This document shows positions 26,601 to 36,096 of a stretch of 38,425 nucleotides of DNA, one piece after another. Position 1 is the first letter of the stretch; each line of letters starts with the position of its first letter. Where the stretch lies: positions 1-38,425 of IMG/VR virus record IMGVR_UViG_3300043103_000108; one strand, written 5' to 3'. Under the pieces are notes generated by a model that was given only the letters and a program-made list of their open reading frames with translations, ran no database searches and was not told where the DNA came from. The DNA comes from a virus (taxonomy: Duplodnaviria > Caudoviricetes). Both the position numbers and the translations under genes were made by a program.

Positions 26601-27444
26601 TCCAGTTACCTTTATCATCAAATGCTTCAGGACTCTTTAAGTAAGGGAGGTCTCTTAGGATAGACTCTTGTTGTTTTATATTTCTCTTACCTAATTCTTC
26701 TAAATAGCTTATACCTGTTTTAGTACCAAGCATATCAATAGCACCAAAGAAACCTTGCTTAGTATTAGCCATACCAATATCTAAGCCTGTATCCCAGTTG
26801 CTAGTTGCTTTACCATAGCGATCTTCGCCGGGTCTGATAATAGCAGGACCAGCAAAATAGTCACTTGACGTACCTTCACCTACAGCTGCACCAAACTCTT
26901 TAGCAGTAGTAGTAAACCGTTTAGCCATTACACCACCTTGATTACGTTCAACGTTCAAGTCTGTGAGTAACTTATCAGCAATAGTTTGAGTACCTTCGGC
27001 TTGTCGCTTCGCACGATCTAATCTCCCAAGGTACATTGAATTAAGTTGATCACTAGTAACCGATGTTGAAGGATCAACATAGCCAGACTCTAGTAATCGG
27101 TTAGATAATCTACGACCGTTAGCATCAGTTAATTCACCAAGGTTACGATTATAAACGTCTTTGTCTGTGCCAAGAACCGGATTAGTAAACCCTTCTTGGT
27201 TAATAATATCTCTCACTAAGCCTGTTTGTGTGTCGGCTCCCAACTGAGGGGGTACAAAGCCATCTTCCTTTAGTTTGCCTGACTCGCGAGCGTTAATACC
27301 CGGCACTCTTAATGTAGTGCCTGTATCAAGCTGCATAGTGTCAGCATCCTTTAAAGTACCAGCTTCAATCTTAAAGTTAGAGGCTTTAGGGATATCTTTT
27401 GAATTGATTCCTAACTCCATTAGTGTCTGTTCTAATTTATCCAT
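23653..27444 (-). CDS. large internal virion/ejection protein with N-terminal SNase-like domain
   Basis: DADT..LRVPGINARE..DVYNR..LLESG at the N-terminus; Ala/Gly-rich hydrophobic helices; FTQFQGY in C-terminal region. Confidence 0.7.
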   Translation of the reverse strand: MDKLEQTLMELGINSKDIPKASNFKIEAGTLKDADTMQLDTGTTLRVPGINARESGKLKEDGFVPPQLGADTQTGLVRDIINQEGFTNPVLGTDKDVYNRNLGELTDANGRRLSNRLLESGYVDPSTSVTSDQLNSMYLGRLDRAKRQAEGTQTIADKLLTDLNVERNQGGVMAKRFTTTAKEFGAAVGEGTSSDYFAGPAIIRPGEDRYGKATSNWDTGLDIGMANTKQGFFGAIDMLGTKTGISYLEELGKRNIKQQESILRDLPYLKSPEAFDDKGNWKLDSFSKVIDYSVGTAAASAPQMVTSIVATMASPMTGGASMSVPVATYTGQVWNAQKEKNATAAIMSGVTQAALDKLGLSGIASGAALKITDKATQAMVVKELMGRGVTAEAAEKMIIRSTQEAIKDVSDAMRSVAMKQNLGPAAIAGAIAKGSASEGITEGLQEIAGYLGETVAIPESKEDWNKLQNRTMNAMAGGAILGGGLSGAGRTVATLANSSSPTREGTDLQFREQYKERFGTTNIPTVSEVIIKAEKNISSTSDTPSLEKLAELETSKRAIEGVVSKTGSFMKDKGLSSLFGKWSTVIMKGKDYSGEALAALSTLLGSTRAINGMSIDETQDILEANIFKNFGNKEEMQSAFGGMTTSKASTILAKPTVVSVIDRLVRQRRLTGSFDRLDIDADLGQDIVHKEGILLYAAKIDNLINDYNRATGSDLSVASFIANRPLDKTLVSKNFNQFTRDIQDAFGISQAEASMMAQSVLNNGDVNSVEDSIDEWLNPDANRIKGKAEVEKAINNPEIKAKFAQYMSQDLLDNAYTLAAKGSAVATNKQFIGKDGSKLATLLQDSLNKGEITEQEASFMAREIKDFLDMRAGKYNPITNEYARGALNLVNFLSTVTSLPLAAVSSTVEFAQVYRNLNSPQSIKATRILLNTFGKEFGSLFKELGESFGMKNSTASKHRRELSEAGFLREGGIGTRNDILSGYFQKWTEGFFKVTGLTSITAITRHAKLSIAADAINHWVDVAQGKGTFTPQQIQDAKEHLIRIGVDLDFMTSIDKDTPQNEQRVLANLQAGAYNFVNEAVVVPSQLNRPKFYSDPYLRLFTQFQGYTSTFTATTLPRLLGDLGKKGSDDQRNAAATIAMMFALSMLALYIKDMIKYNEHPPKWLKEDKEFQRLIGQVGLLGTGQRVWDSVSPMFGGDKKANSVLGQVYNQLSDQSPQLAFINKLNEVLSAPEEKRIEKGARLLPIVGTSPALAKYLQKELGE

Positions 27445-27458
27445 ATCACCTCTTATGT

Positions 27459-30137
27459 TTATTTCTCAAGACTCTTTCGAAGAGTCTCAGTAGCAAATTG
27501 ATAGAAAGCAGTTTCAGTAGATGTACCACCAAATCTTTCTCGTAGTTTAGCGCTCTTTGGGTTAGCCCATACTTGATGTAACCTTTGGATTTCACTTACA
27601 GCTTGTGCTTCGTTTGGTTTACCATTATTACTTGCAGCTGATAAACGGCGAGCCATTTGATTTAAACCTTCAATCTTTTCAGGATTCATAGGTTTATCTT
27701 TAGTTAACATCAAAGCACTTGGATCAATACCTATGCGCTGTGTAATAACATTACGAGCTAAATAAGGCTCAATGCTGTTAGGTTTAGCACCAGAATTCTT
27801 ATCAGCAAGCATATCCCTAGCAGCATTACTCATTAACAAACGAGCTTCCTGCATTTGTTTTCCATCTTCTAAGTTAAAACCAATATTAGAGAAGTAACTA
27901 CCTGCTTGAGTAGCAATCTCAGGAGCAGTAGGCATACCCTGTCTATTAGGGTTTGCTTTACCTTTTACGTTGCTAGCACCTAATTCAGCTTCAAGAATAC
28001 TCTCAGCAACTTTAGAAGCAGCTTCAACGTTTTTAGATTGACGTTCTGTTTTACCAGTTACCCCATGAGTAGTTTCACTAAATGGAACTAATGATAAGCC
28101 TTGTTTTTGTAAAGCATCTAAGCGAACTTCTTTACCATCAACTACAGCTACTTCATATTTAGAACCTTTATTTTTACCTGTCTTCTCTTCAACGGTATGA
28201 ACAACAATAGGTCTGTTATACATAGCAGGGTCAGTAGACATCATAGTACGAGATTCACCACTACGGATTAGTGTTTGTCGTGGAGAACCTAAATCAGCAG
28301 CCTTATTAGTTTCAAAGTATTTCTTAATAGCGTCAGGACTGTATCCCTCATCAATAAGTTTTGTAGTAAGAGCACGTCTATCTTGAGCAAGAATAGTTTC
28401 TTTTTGACGCTCATCTGAACGATCTTGTACTTTCATCTGTTGTTCAAAGCCTTGTTGACGGGCATAACGAGCATCGGCTTGAGCTAATGTATCACGACCA
28501 GCAAACCTTAGTGCTTGATTAGTGTTGTAGCCTAACAGCTTACTAGCAGAAGCTTCTAAAGCAAACCGAGTTAAGTCTCGTTCATTAAAGATACCTGTTG
28601 GACCATATACATTCTCAAAAATACGAGTTAATAAGGTCTTCTTTTCTTCAGGAGCAGTCTTAGATGCAATAATAGAATCAATTTTATTGTTAAACTCTTC
28701 ATCTTTAGATAAATCCTTAGCGTACTCAGCAATACGAGCATCACGATCAGCAATTACTACAGGTGAACCTTCAGGTAATGGGCCTCCCTTTTTAAACTCT
28801 TTATATGCAGCAGCTAAGCGTACTTGTTCAGGGTCAGCAGGTTTAGGGTCTAAGCGCGGCTGAGGGATAGCTCCTTTGCGGGAATATGGATTAGCATCCG
28901 CAATAAACTCTGCATTAGTTTTACCTTGTAAGTTAGGGTTAATTCTAATAGCTTCAGAACTTAAAGCTAACGGTGCATTAGGATCTCCATTAAAGATATT
29001 AGCATAACCACCAGCACCTACTACCCATGCTTTACGAATAGCTTCTTCTGTAGGTACAATACCTTTAGAAGTTAATTGTTTAGATAACACTTCTTTGTAA
29101 GCATCACGACCCGCTTGTTGACCTTGAGCTGTAGTTCTATCAATAGACTTTAATGCAGGGTTAAGTAACACAGCATCTTTCCAAGCGTTATCTGTCATTT
29201 GGTACAAACCACGAGCAGAACTATTTGGGTTTTTAGCGTTAACATCACCACCACTTTCTTGAGAAACTACCCAAGCGTCTTCACCAGTAGGCTTAGAGAA
29301 TACAACAGGTTGTTGAGCTGCAGGTGTTGGAGGCACTGCAGATACTTCCTTAATAGATACAGGTTTAGGTTGACTCTTTTTAACGGGCATTGCTTCTGGA
29401 ATCTCACCAATTACATTACCCATAATGTCTACCTCAGGCATAGGCCCTGCAACTTGAACACTTTGTGAAGTCATTGCAGGTACATCTACAGGTGTATAGC
29501 CTACAGGGAGTTCGCCTGTAAAATTAGTATTAATTTGTAGTGGTTCAACTTCTTCATCACCTACTTGTAAGTACTGCACATTAGTAGTACCATTAGACAT
29601 AGTAGCAGCGCTATCTGTGTGGTAGTAGTTAGACGTTACATTAGGAATTGATTCAGAACCAATAGCATAATAATCAGGAACACTAGGAGTGCCCATAGCA
29701 TACTGTTTAGCACGACCTTCTTGAACCATCTGTTTAATCATTGGTTTGTTCTTAGGATCTTGAGCAGCAGCACGAGGAATAACAGCCTCACCGGGAGTAA
29801 GCATAGCAGGAACGGTATCAGTACCTTTAGGAAGCATACGTTGACCTCTGCCAAGTACTTCAGTACCTGCTAGTGGGTTCATTGAAGGTAGTCCTAACTT
29901 CTGGCGGTTAACACGCTTAGAAGCACCTAGAGGACCACCCATTTCTTTCATCTTTAAACCATGAACTTCTTCTTTATGACCAATACCTTGGTTAGCTTTA
30001 GCAGCAGCTTCTTGAAGCTTAATTTCATGTAGTTTGTTTTTACGGCTTTCTTCTGATTCCATCTTAGCGGATTCACGAGCTTCTTTTGCTTGATGCTTAA
30101 GCCATTCTCTTTGTTGTTTACCGGATAGTGGTCCCAT
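27459..30137 (-). CDS. internal virion protein with lytic transglycosylase (SLT/lysozyme-like) domain
   Basis: ESGGDVNAKNPNSSARGLYQMTDNAW; GTDTVPAMLTPGE motif. Confidence 0.8.
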   Translation of the reverse strand: MGPLSGKQQREWLKHQAKEARESAKMESEESRKNKLHEIKLQEAAAKANQGIGHKEEVHGLKMKEMGGPLGASKRVNRQKLGLPSMNPLAGTEVLGRGQRMLPKGTDTVPAMLTPGEAVIPRAAAQDPKNKPMIKQMVQEGRAKQYAMGTPSVPDYYAIGSESIPNVTSNYYHTDSAATMSNGTTNVQYLQVGDEEVEPLQINTNFTGELPVGYTPVDVPAMTSQSVQVAGPMPEVDIMGNVIGEIPEAMPVKKSQPKPVSIKEVSAVPPTPAAQQPVVFSKPTGEDAWVVSQESGGDVNAKNPNSSARGLYQMTDNAWKDAVLLNPALKSIDRTTAQGQQAGRDAYKEVLSKQLTSKGIVPTEEAIRKAWVVGAGGYANIFNGDPNAPLALSSEAIRINPNLQGKTNAEFIADANPYSRKGAIPQPRLDPKPADPEQVRLAAAYKEFKKGGPLPEGSPVVIADRDARIAEYAKDLSKDEEFNNKIDSIIASKTAPEEKKTLLTRIFENVYGPTGIFNERDLTRFALEASASKLLGYNTNQALRFAGRDTLAQADARYARQQGFEQQMKVQDRSDERQKETILAQDRRALTTKLIDEGYSPDAIKKYFETNKAADLGSPRQTLIRSGESRTMMSTDPAMYNRPIVVHTVEEKTGKNKGSKYEVAVVDGKEVRLDALQKQGLSLVPFSETTHGVTGKTERQSKNVEAASKVAESILEAELGASNVKGKANPNRQGMPTAPEIATQAGSYFSNIGFNLEDGKQMQEARLLMSNAARDMLADKNSGAKPNSIEPYLARNVITQRIGIDPSALMLTKDKPMNPEKIEGLNQMARRLSAASNNGKPNEAQAVSEIQRLHQVWANPKSAKLRERFGGTSTETAFYQFATETLRKSLEK

Positions 30138-30138
30138 A

Positions 30139-30579
30139 TTAAATCCATTTCATTTGTTTAGCAAGTAATAAAGCACCTACGCCCCAGCCTACTGGACCCA
30201 TTGCAGCTAGTGTTCCTGCTTCAGCAGCTGCAGCACCAGTACCCGCGGCAGTTGCAGCAGTAGATGCTAATGCAGCACCCTCAGTAGCGGCAGCAGCAGC
30301 GCCACCTACCTCAGCGGCAGTTGCAGCAGTAGTGGCTGTAGTAGCACCCCCTGCTAACGGTGCAGTAGGAGTCATAGCTTTAACACCAGCATTAATCCCC
30401 TCATTAGCTGCCCTATTAACAAGGATTTGTTGAGCCATATCACCTACACCGGGAGGTGCTTGAGAGATCTGTGGTTGTTGAGCATTAGTTTGAGGTACTT
30501 GCAGGGTATTGTTTGTTTGTGGAATAGAAGGAACACGAGGTTCTTCTTCAGCCCAAGCCCAAGGGTCTTGATAAGCCAT
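30139..30579 (-). CDS. Ala/Gly-rich ejection/pilot-like virion protein
   Basis: Low-complexity A/T/G stretch, MGPVGWGVGALLL tail; TAATG coupling. Confidence 0.65.
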   Translation of the reverse strand: MAYQDPWAWAEEEPRVPSIPQTNNTLQVPQTNAQQPQISQAPPGVGDMAQQILVNRAANEGINAGVKAMTPTAPLAGGATTATTAATAAEVGGAAAAATEGAALASTAATAAGTGAAAAEAGTLAAMGPVGWGVGALLLAKQMKWI

Positions 30580-30764
30580 TATTTACCTCCCATACCTTTT
30601 GATTCAGTAACAGGTGGTGTTACAGGCATTGGTTTAGCCATCATGTCTTGATAAGATTGTCCTTGAGGTGCTACAACGTTTGTAGGAGCCATTAAAGGAG
30701 AAGGTGTTTGGGGAGCAGCATAACCATTTGCAGCGCTCAACCCACTAACATTAATTCCAGCCAT
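30579..30764 (-). CDS. small Pro-rich virion-associated protein
   Basis: GGAGGT RBS; ends GGK like the upstream gene. Confidence 0.6.
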   Translation of the reverse strand: MAGINVSGLSAANGYAAPQTPSPLMAPTNVVAPQGQSYQDMMAKPMPVTPPVTESKGMGGK

Positions 30765-30766
30765 GA

Positions 30767-31447
30767 TTATTTACCTCCTGATACAGCAGATTGTCTTGCT
30801 GGATTACCAAACACAGTAGAAGCATAACGTTGTAGACCTTGCCAACCAGCATCAGCTTGAGCTTGATCAATGCCACGTTCTTGAGAACCTAACTCAGCTA
30901 ATGTTTTAGCAGTACCAGTAGCCATAGAACCAGAAGAACCTACAGAACCACCTAAAACTTTCTCAGCTTCTAGTCTGTTCTGGAACATTTTATTTTCGTA
31001 GTCAGCATCTACTTTAGCTAACTCACCTGTGGTAGCTGCATTTTGAGCACCTTGCATAACAGCTTGTCGAGCAGAACCTAATGTTCCCGTTTGACCAAAC
31101 TGAGTATCCATACCCGCTACTTTCTTTTGGGCATCAAGAATAATACCTTGCTTCTGAGCAGCTAATACGTCAGCACTAGGCGCATCAGCCATACTAGTAA
31201 GTCTTTCTTGTTGAGCTTGTAGGGTATCTAAACCACGAGCACCTGCAGTGCCTACCGCTGAAGCAGCACCGCCAAAGGCTTGAGTTTGTAAGTTAGAAGG
31301 GCCAGCTACTCGGCTTAAGTTACCTGACTCAAACTGGGTTTCTGCTTGACCAGTAACTTTCTCGATAGAAGGTCTCATCCATTCGGGGATAGACTCTACC
31401 TTGGTTGTACTACCACCACCACCCGCACGTTTTTTAATTAATTTCAT
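30767..31447 (-). CDS. putative DNA ejection/internal virion protein
   Basis: GGGGSTT..IPEWMRP N-terminus, GTLGSARQA, Q/A/G-rich. Confidence 0.7.
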   Translation of the reverse strand: MKLIKKRAGGGGSTTKVESIPEWMRPSIEKVTGQAETQFESGNLSRVAGPSNLQTQAFGGAASAVGTAGARGLDTLQAQQERLTSMADAPSADVLAAQKQGIILDAQKKVAGMDTQFGQTGTLGSARQAVMQGAQNAATTGELAKVDADYENKMFQNRLEAEKVLGGSVGSSGSMATGTAKTLAELGSQERGIDQAQADAGWQGLQRYASTVFGNPARQSAVSGGK

Positions 31448-31857
31448 ATTTCTTTCCTCATAACAACGTATGCTTGTTTAAATCCAGGTACATACTGTGG
31501 TAGTACCTTTGCCCATCCGGGCCTTCCCCATTGTTCAATAGCAGAACAACCAAACTTACGAGCGAACTCTTCAATATGTGGGAACGTGTTTGCTTGCTCC
31601 TCAAAACTATCACCTGAGTAGGCAATGATGTGAAGAGTCTTATGTTGTGAATACTGTAGAATTTCAGTTAAGCCTACACCAACAATTTTGTTATCGTTAA
31701 TAATAGCCCAACAATGAGCTTGTTCATTAAGAATCTTCTTCATGTAGTCAGTTAAATTAGACTCACCTTGACCTGTATCCATTGCTTTTTTTAAATACTC
31801 AGAAAGAGTAGGCCACCAAGTAAGAGCGTCTGCAGGTGATAGTAATGTTATTTTCAT
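31444..31857 (-). CDS. GNAT-fold-like virion assembly protein
   Basis: IEEFARKFGCSAIEQWGRPGWAKVL; position between tail and ejection genes. Confidence 0.65.
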   Translation of the reverse strand: MKITLLSPADALTWWPTLSEYLKKAMDTGQGESNLTDYMKKILNEQAHCWAIINDNKIVGVGLTEILQYSQHKTLHIIAYSGDSFEEQANTFPHIEEFARKFGCSAIEQWGRPGWAKVLPQYVPGFKQAYVVMRKEI

Positions 31858-31865
31858 TTAATCCT

Positions 31866-33800
31866 TTAAATCATTGCTTGAAATATATTCATTCTACCAT
31901 TGAATTGTCGATCAACTACAGGAACTGTATAACCAAGGTTACCATCCACGTCATTAAAAAAGGCTTCTCCACATACAAATACTGCATAAGTACCAATTGG
32001 TAGATTGGCGACTCGATTCCAGACTAACGGAATTTGCAGCCTATTAGTTGCAGCCCCAAAGTCTGGTTTAACAATTGGTGCAACTACCCGATAACGAAAA
32101 GTATCAACTACGCCTGTAGCATCCCCGGGAAGAGTTCCTCCAGTTATAGTCCTTAAAGATACAGTAATTGGTGCGTATACATTAGGGTATGCTGTTGTGT
32201 TAGACGCAAAGAATATCTCCCCAATAACAGTTATTTGTACATATCCTGCTTTTGTTATTACAAAACTATCTAAATACCCATTTGGGTAAAGACTCCCCGG
32301 AGAGCTTGGCATTGGGTTTCCAACACTATATCCGCCAATAGTAGCAGTGCTAATCCCATTAATATATAAACCAGTGCTATCAAACACCATATTTTTAGTT
32401 GAGTTGCCAACTACCATTCTACCATCTGCGTATAAATACGCACCAGTACCAGTCATAGTAGTTCCGCTAATTGCAGGGAGTGAGCCAGCAGTACCAACTC
32501 TTAAAGCTTGAGTTAACACAGTAGAAGAAGATATTTTATCTGCAGTAATAGTATTAGCTGCAATTTTATCTGCAGTAACAGCGCTTGTGTCTAGCTTAAG
32601 CGTTGTTACAGATCCCGCAAGAATCTTATCTGCAGTAACCGCATCAGCAAGAATCTTATCTGCAGTAATTGCGCCAGCCTCAATCTTAACTGCAGTAATA
32701 GCACTAGCTGCAATCTGACCAGCACCAATTGTTAGTGCTGCAATATTGTCACCAGTAATAGTTGTTGCAGCTATCTTATCACCAGTAATAGTACTAGCAG
32801 CAATCTTGTTTGCAGTAATAGCGTTAGCACCTATTTTATCTGTAGTAATAGAACCAGCAAAGATTTTTTCTGAGGTAATAGCGTTAGAAGCAATAGTATC
32901 TGCAGTAACAGCATCTGCAGCAATCTTACCTGCAACAATTGCGTTGGCAATAATCTTTTCAGAAGTTACTGCATCATTAGAGATTTGTGTATTTCCAACA
33001 GAGTTATCAACTAAATTACCTGTTGTGTTGCTAATAGCAGCAATACTAGTCTTGGCGGCTGTAACGGCATTAGCAGCAATTTGTAGGCTACCGACAACAT
33101 CAGAATTTAAATCGCCTGTAGTGCTATTTAAAGCAGCAATATTTGTTTTGGCAGCTGTAATAGCACCAGCAGCAATTTTAAGTTCAGTTACTGCATTAGA
33201 AGCAATAGTACCTGCTGACACTGCATTAGGAACAAGTGCTCCTGTAGACTGGTCTAAAGCTGCAACGTTAAGCTTTGTAGCTGTGACTGCGTTAGCTGCA
33301 ATCTTAAGTTCAGTAACAGCAGCATCCATTAATTCGGAAGAAGAAATAGTTCTTGGAGCAATAAGAAGGTCAAGGCTAATAGCTGTAGTTGGGGCAGGTA
33401 ACCACTTATAGTCAATAGGGTCAGTGTTAACATCAAACTTAATTAACCTACCACCTATGTTTTGGTAATACAAAAATCGAGTTGTTCCAAAACCAAAGTT
33501 AACAAAGTACCAAGTGTAGTCTGCAGGGTTAGTTGACTCAGTAAAAGAAGAACTATTATGAATACCATAATACAGCTTGTTTGTAGGGGTATCAGACATA
33601 TTAGTGCCAACGGTATCGTCCGCATATTTGATATGAATGAACTCATATAGGTACCCTACTACATTACCCTCTGAATCTGTAATTTCTCCAGTAGCAGTAT
33701 TCGCTGAATAACCTGAAGCAGTATTATCAAATCCGTTTACATGAAGATCATATAGGTAAGCGTCTAATTCTGAAATACCTGTTAAGGGTGGGTTCATCAT
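31866..33800 (-). CDS. tail fibre / tail protein with decapeptide repeats
   Basis: HIKYADD...NPADYTW N-terminal motif; many ITADKIxAxA repeats; beta-rich C-terminus. Confidence 0.8.
   Translation of the reverse strand: MMNPPLTGISELDAYLYDLHVNGFDNTASGYSANTATGEITDSEGNVVGYLYEFIHIKYADDTVGTNMSDTPTNKLYYGIHNSSSFTESTNPADYTWYFVNFGFGTTRFLYYQNIGGRLIKFDVNTDPIDYKWLPAPTTAISLDLLIAPRTISSSELMDAAVTELKIAANAVTATKLNVAALDQSTGALVPNAVSAGTIASNAVTELKIAAGAITAAKTNIAALNSTTGDLNSDVVGSLQIAANAVTAAKTSIAAISNTTGNLVDNSVGNTQISNDAVTSEKIIANAIVAGKIAADAVTADTIASNAITSEKIFAGSITTDKIGANAITANKIAASTITGDKIAATTITGDNIAALTIGAGQIAASAITAVKIEAGAITADKILADAVTADKILAGSVTTLKLDTSAVTADKIAANTITADKISSSTVLTQALRVGTAGSLPAISGTTMTGTGAYLYADGRMVVGNSTKNMVFDSTGLYINGISTATIGGYSVGNPMPSSPGSLYPNGYLDSFVITKAGYVQITVIGEIFFASNTTAYPNVYAPITVSLRTITGGTLPGDATGVVDTFRYRVVAPIVKPDFGAATNRLQIPLVWNRVANLPIGTYAVFVCGEAFFNDVDGNLGYTVPVVDRQFNGRMNIFQAMI
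32525..33330 (-). repeat. 30-bp-period coding repeat ((I/V)TAxKIxAxA)n
   Basis: Recurrent TTATCTGCAGTAA units at 30-nt spacing on the + strand. Confidence 0.85.
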
Positions 33801-33803
33801 AAG

Positions 33804-35345
33804 TTATCTCCTGTCTGCAGCTTTAGCATCAAGCACCATCATAGGCATACGCCAAGGGCCTGTTGAAGAAATTCTGTAATTAATAATACGACCATTAATT
33901 CGTGGGTCTACCTTATAACCTTGTGATCTTTGATTATTAGGTAAGAAAGTAAATGTATCTTTTAAGTCAGGATCATCTACTGCTAAATTAACATCTTCTA
34001 CATAATTGTTTTGGCCTATTACTCGAATAGTAATAGATGCATCATTAGGTACATTGTCAAAGATAGGATATATAGAATTAATAAAAGAACTACCAGTGAC
34101 ATCACCAGTATTAAGTTTCTTTTTCTCAACATAAGAAGTATATGTAACCAATGAAGAACCATTCCACATTAAATAATTACTATCAGTAACTAATGTTTGT
34201 GTCGAATTAGTCGTCATATAAATTACTTCATTACCATACTGAAATGCGTTAGAAATATTTGAAGGGCCAGTAAAAGAATAAGTTACTGAAGCTAATGTTC
34301 TTTTAGACCATGTATTATTTTTATAATTATATACTAAGGCTTCATTACAAACAGTAGAAGAACCTTTAGGATAGTTAATCCAGATTTCTTTATAAAAAGA
34401 ATTCTTAATTAAATGTACTTTATTAATAGCATTCTTATTAAGATTACTAAAGAAATATTTTTTAATTCTAAAATCAGCTAATGATTCAATAGCACCAGAA
34501 CCGTTATGTGCATAAATATCGTTACGATCAACTACAAAGTGTTTACCATCAACTTCAATAACACAATCGGTATTTAAAATACCATATGATTTACTATAAG
34601 GAGATACTCGACTTACAGCTCCAATAGATAAAATACTAATTGAATCAGAAGAATATACAAACATATTACCTCTTAATTCAGCCATATCTAGGATAGGTGA
34701 AGTAGAATTTAATTCAAATTCATCAGCTGTATCTGTTGTTAATCCAGGTTGCCACACAGTTGGGATATTACCTGTAGCTGCTTGCACAGATACTCTAATA
34801 GTAGAAGGTGCATAAGTAGTTGTACCACCTTGCACTAAAGTTAAATTAGCTGCTACTAAAGAATAGTTAAGAGACCTAACTACTTTTGCTGTGACTGTAA
34901 GTCCTGAGATATAGTTCCACCCTGGTAAAGGTTGGAAAGAAGAACCAGCTGTAACGCTTCCATATAAACAATATATAGGGGTAGAAGTACCGTTATTAAC
35001 TACAATTGCGTATCCTCCATTAAATAAAGTCCCTTGCCAATCACTGTTAGTATATACTGAATCAGCACTAGAAAACATTGATGAGGTATTACCCGCGGAA
35101 TCTACTCTAACAATATTACCATTCTTAGCAAAGATATTATATCCTTGATCAGGGCGTCTCCAATGAATACCATAGTCAGGAGTAATACTTACTACTTTAT
35201 AAGTGGTTTCACCAGTAGTAGTTTGTACGCTTTCATCATCAAATCGCACGTTTAATAAATCCGTAAACGTATTCGGAGGTACAACCATAGGTGGAAGGTC
35301 AGTATTTAAACCGCCTCTACCTAATTGTTCTACTGGTGTTGCCAT
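33804..35345 (-). CDS. tail tubular/nozzle (virion stabilisation) protein
   Basis: Start MATPVEQLGRGGLNTD after AAAGGA RBS; beta-propeller-like; EIWINYP...ALVYNYKNNTWS. Confidence 0.75.
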   Translation of the reverse strand: MATPVEQLGRGGLNTDLPPMVVPPNTFTDLLNVRFDDESVQTTTGETTYKVVSITPDYGIHWRRPDQGYNIFAKNGNIVRVDSAGNTSSMFSSADSVYTNSDWQGTLFNGGYAIVVNNGTSTPIYCLYGSVTAGSSFQPLPGWNYISGLTVTAKVVRSLNYSLVAANLTLVQGGTTTYAPSTIRVSVQAATGNIPTVWQPGLTTDTADEFELNSTSPILDMAELRGNMFVYSSDSISILSIGAVSRVSPYSKSYGILNTDCVIEVDGKHFVVDRNDIYAHNGSGAIESLADFRIKKYFFSNLNKNAINKVHLIKNSFYKEIWINYPKGSSTVCNEALVYNYKNNTWSKRTLASVTYSFTGPSNISNAFQYGNEVIYMTTNSTQTLVTDSNYLMWNGSSLVTYTSYVEKKKLNTGDVTGSSFINSIYPIFDNVPNDASITIRVIGQNNYVEDVNLAVDDPDLKDTFTFLPNNQRSQGYKVDPRINGRIINYRISSTGPWRMPMMVLDAKAADRR

Positions 35346-35407
35346 TGCTCTATCCTTTCGAATTGAATCCAATAAACAACACATGAGTTGCCTATTAGAC
35401 TCATATT

Positions 35408-36091
35408 TTAAACTCTTTCTTTAACAAACATTTTAACTAATGCACCAACAATATCTGAACGAACAACATCATCCGTAGTAAATTCTACAATAGGAATTTG
35501 GATATCATTTCTTTCACACATGTTTACAAATTTAATAATACCATTACCATCAGACACATCTGACTGAGATGAATCACCTGACAGAATCATTTTGCTATTT
35601 TCACCTAAGCGAGTAGTAATTGCTTTAATCTCTTCAAAGGTTAAGTTCTGACTTTCATCTACAATTACTAAAGAATTTTCAAAAGATCTGCCTCTAATTG
35701 TTTCTAACGGTTGCATTTGGATAACTCGTTTAGAAATTAAATATTCATATTTAGTAATTCCTAGTTGTTTTTCTAATACTGAAGTGATTGGCATTAGCCA
35801 AGGACTAAGTTTTTCTTCAACAGTACCTGGAAATGCACCAAGGCTTTTTCCTGTAGGCACGTTAGCTCGACTAAGAATAATATAATCGTAACCACCCTTT
35901 AAAAACAATTGCGCTACCTTACTAGTACTGCAAAATGTTTTGCCAGTACCTGCTGGGCCAAGAGCAACTGTTATTTCAAAATCTTCAATAGCATCTAACA
36001 ATATTTGTTGGTTAGGTGTTTTAGGTTGAATGTGCAAAGAACGTGGTGCTTTTGCTAAACTGTCTGTTTGCTTACGTTGATTTCTTTTCAA
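35408..36091 (-). CDS. phoH: PhoH family ATPase
   Basis: GPAGTGKT, LGAFPG, RGRSF, DESQN, TRLG, GDSSQSD, DVVRS. Confidence 0.95.
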   Translation of the reverse strand: MKRNQRKQTDSLAKAPRSLHIQPKTPNQQILLDAIEDFEITVALGPAGTGKTFCSTSKVAQLFLKGGYDYIILSRANVPTGKSLGAFPGTVEEKLSPWLMPITSVLEKQLGITKYEYLISKRVIQMQPLETIRGRSFENSLVIVDESQNLTFEEIKAITTRLGENSKMILSGDSSQSDVSDGNGIIKFVNMCERNDIQIPIVEFTTDDVVRSDIVGALVKMFVKERV

Positions 36092-36096
36092 GATTG

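Noticed and set aside
32525-33330. Regular repeats as a CRISPR array or DGR repeat
   Set aside because: In-frame degenerate coding repeats with no unique spacers, and no cas or reverse transcriptase gene
32746-33411. 221-aa hydrophobic ORF on the + strand
   Set aside because: Antisense shadow of the tail-fibre repeat; no RBS and wrong strand for this arm
33638-33662. Promoter-like GTAGGGTACCTATATGAG on the - strand
   Set aside because: Inside a CDS, with altered spacing and a poor match outside GGTACCT
35385-35405. CTAATAGG partial promoter match after phoH (also present in the terminator at 20091)
   Set aside because: No upstream CGGTAC element; explained as part of a hairpin
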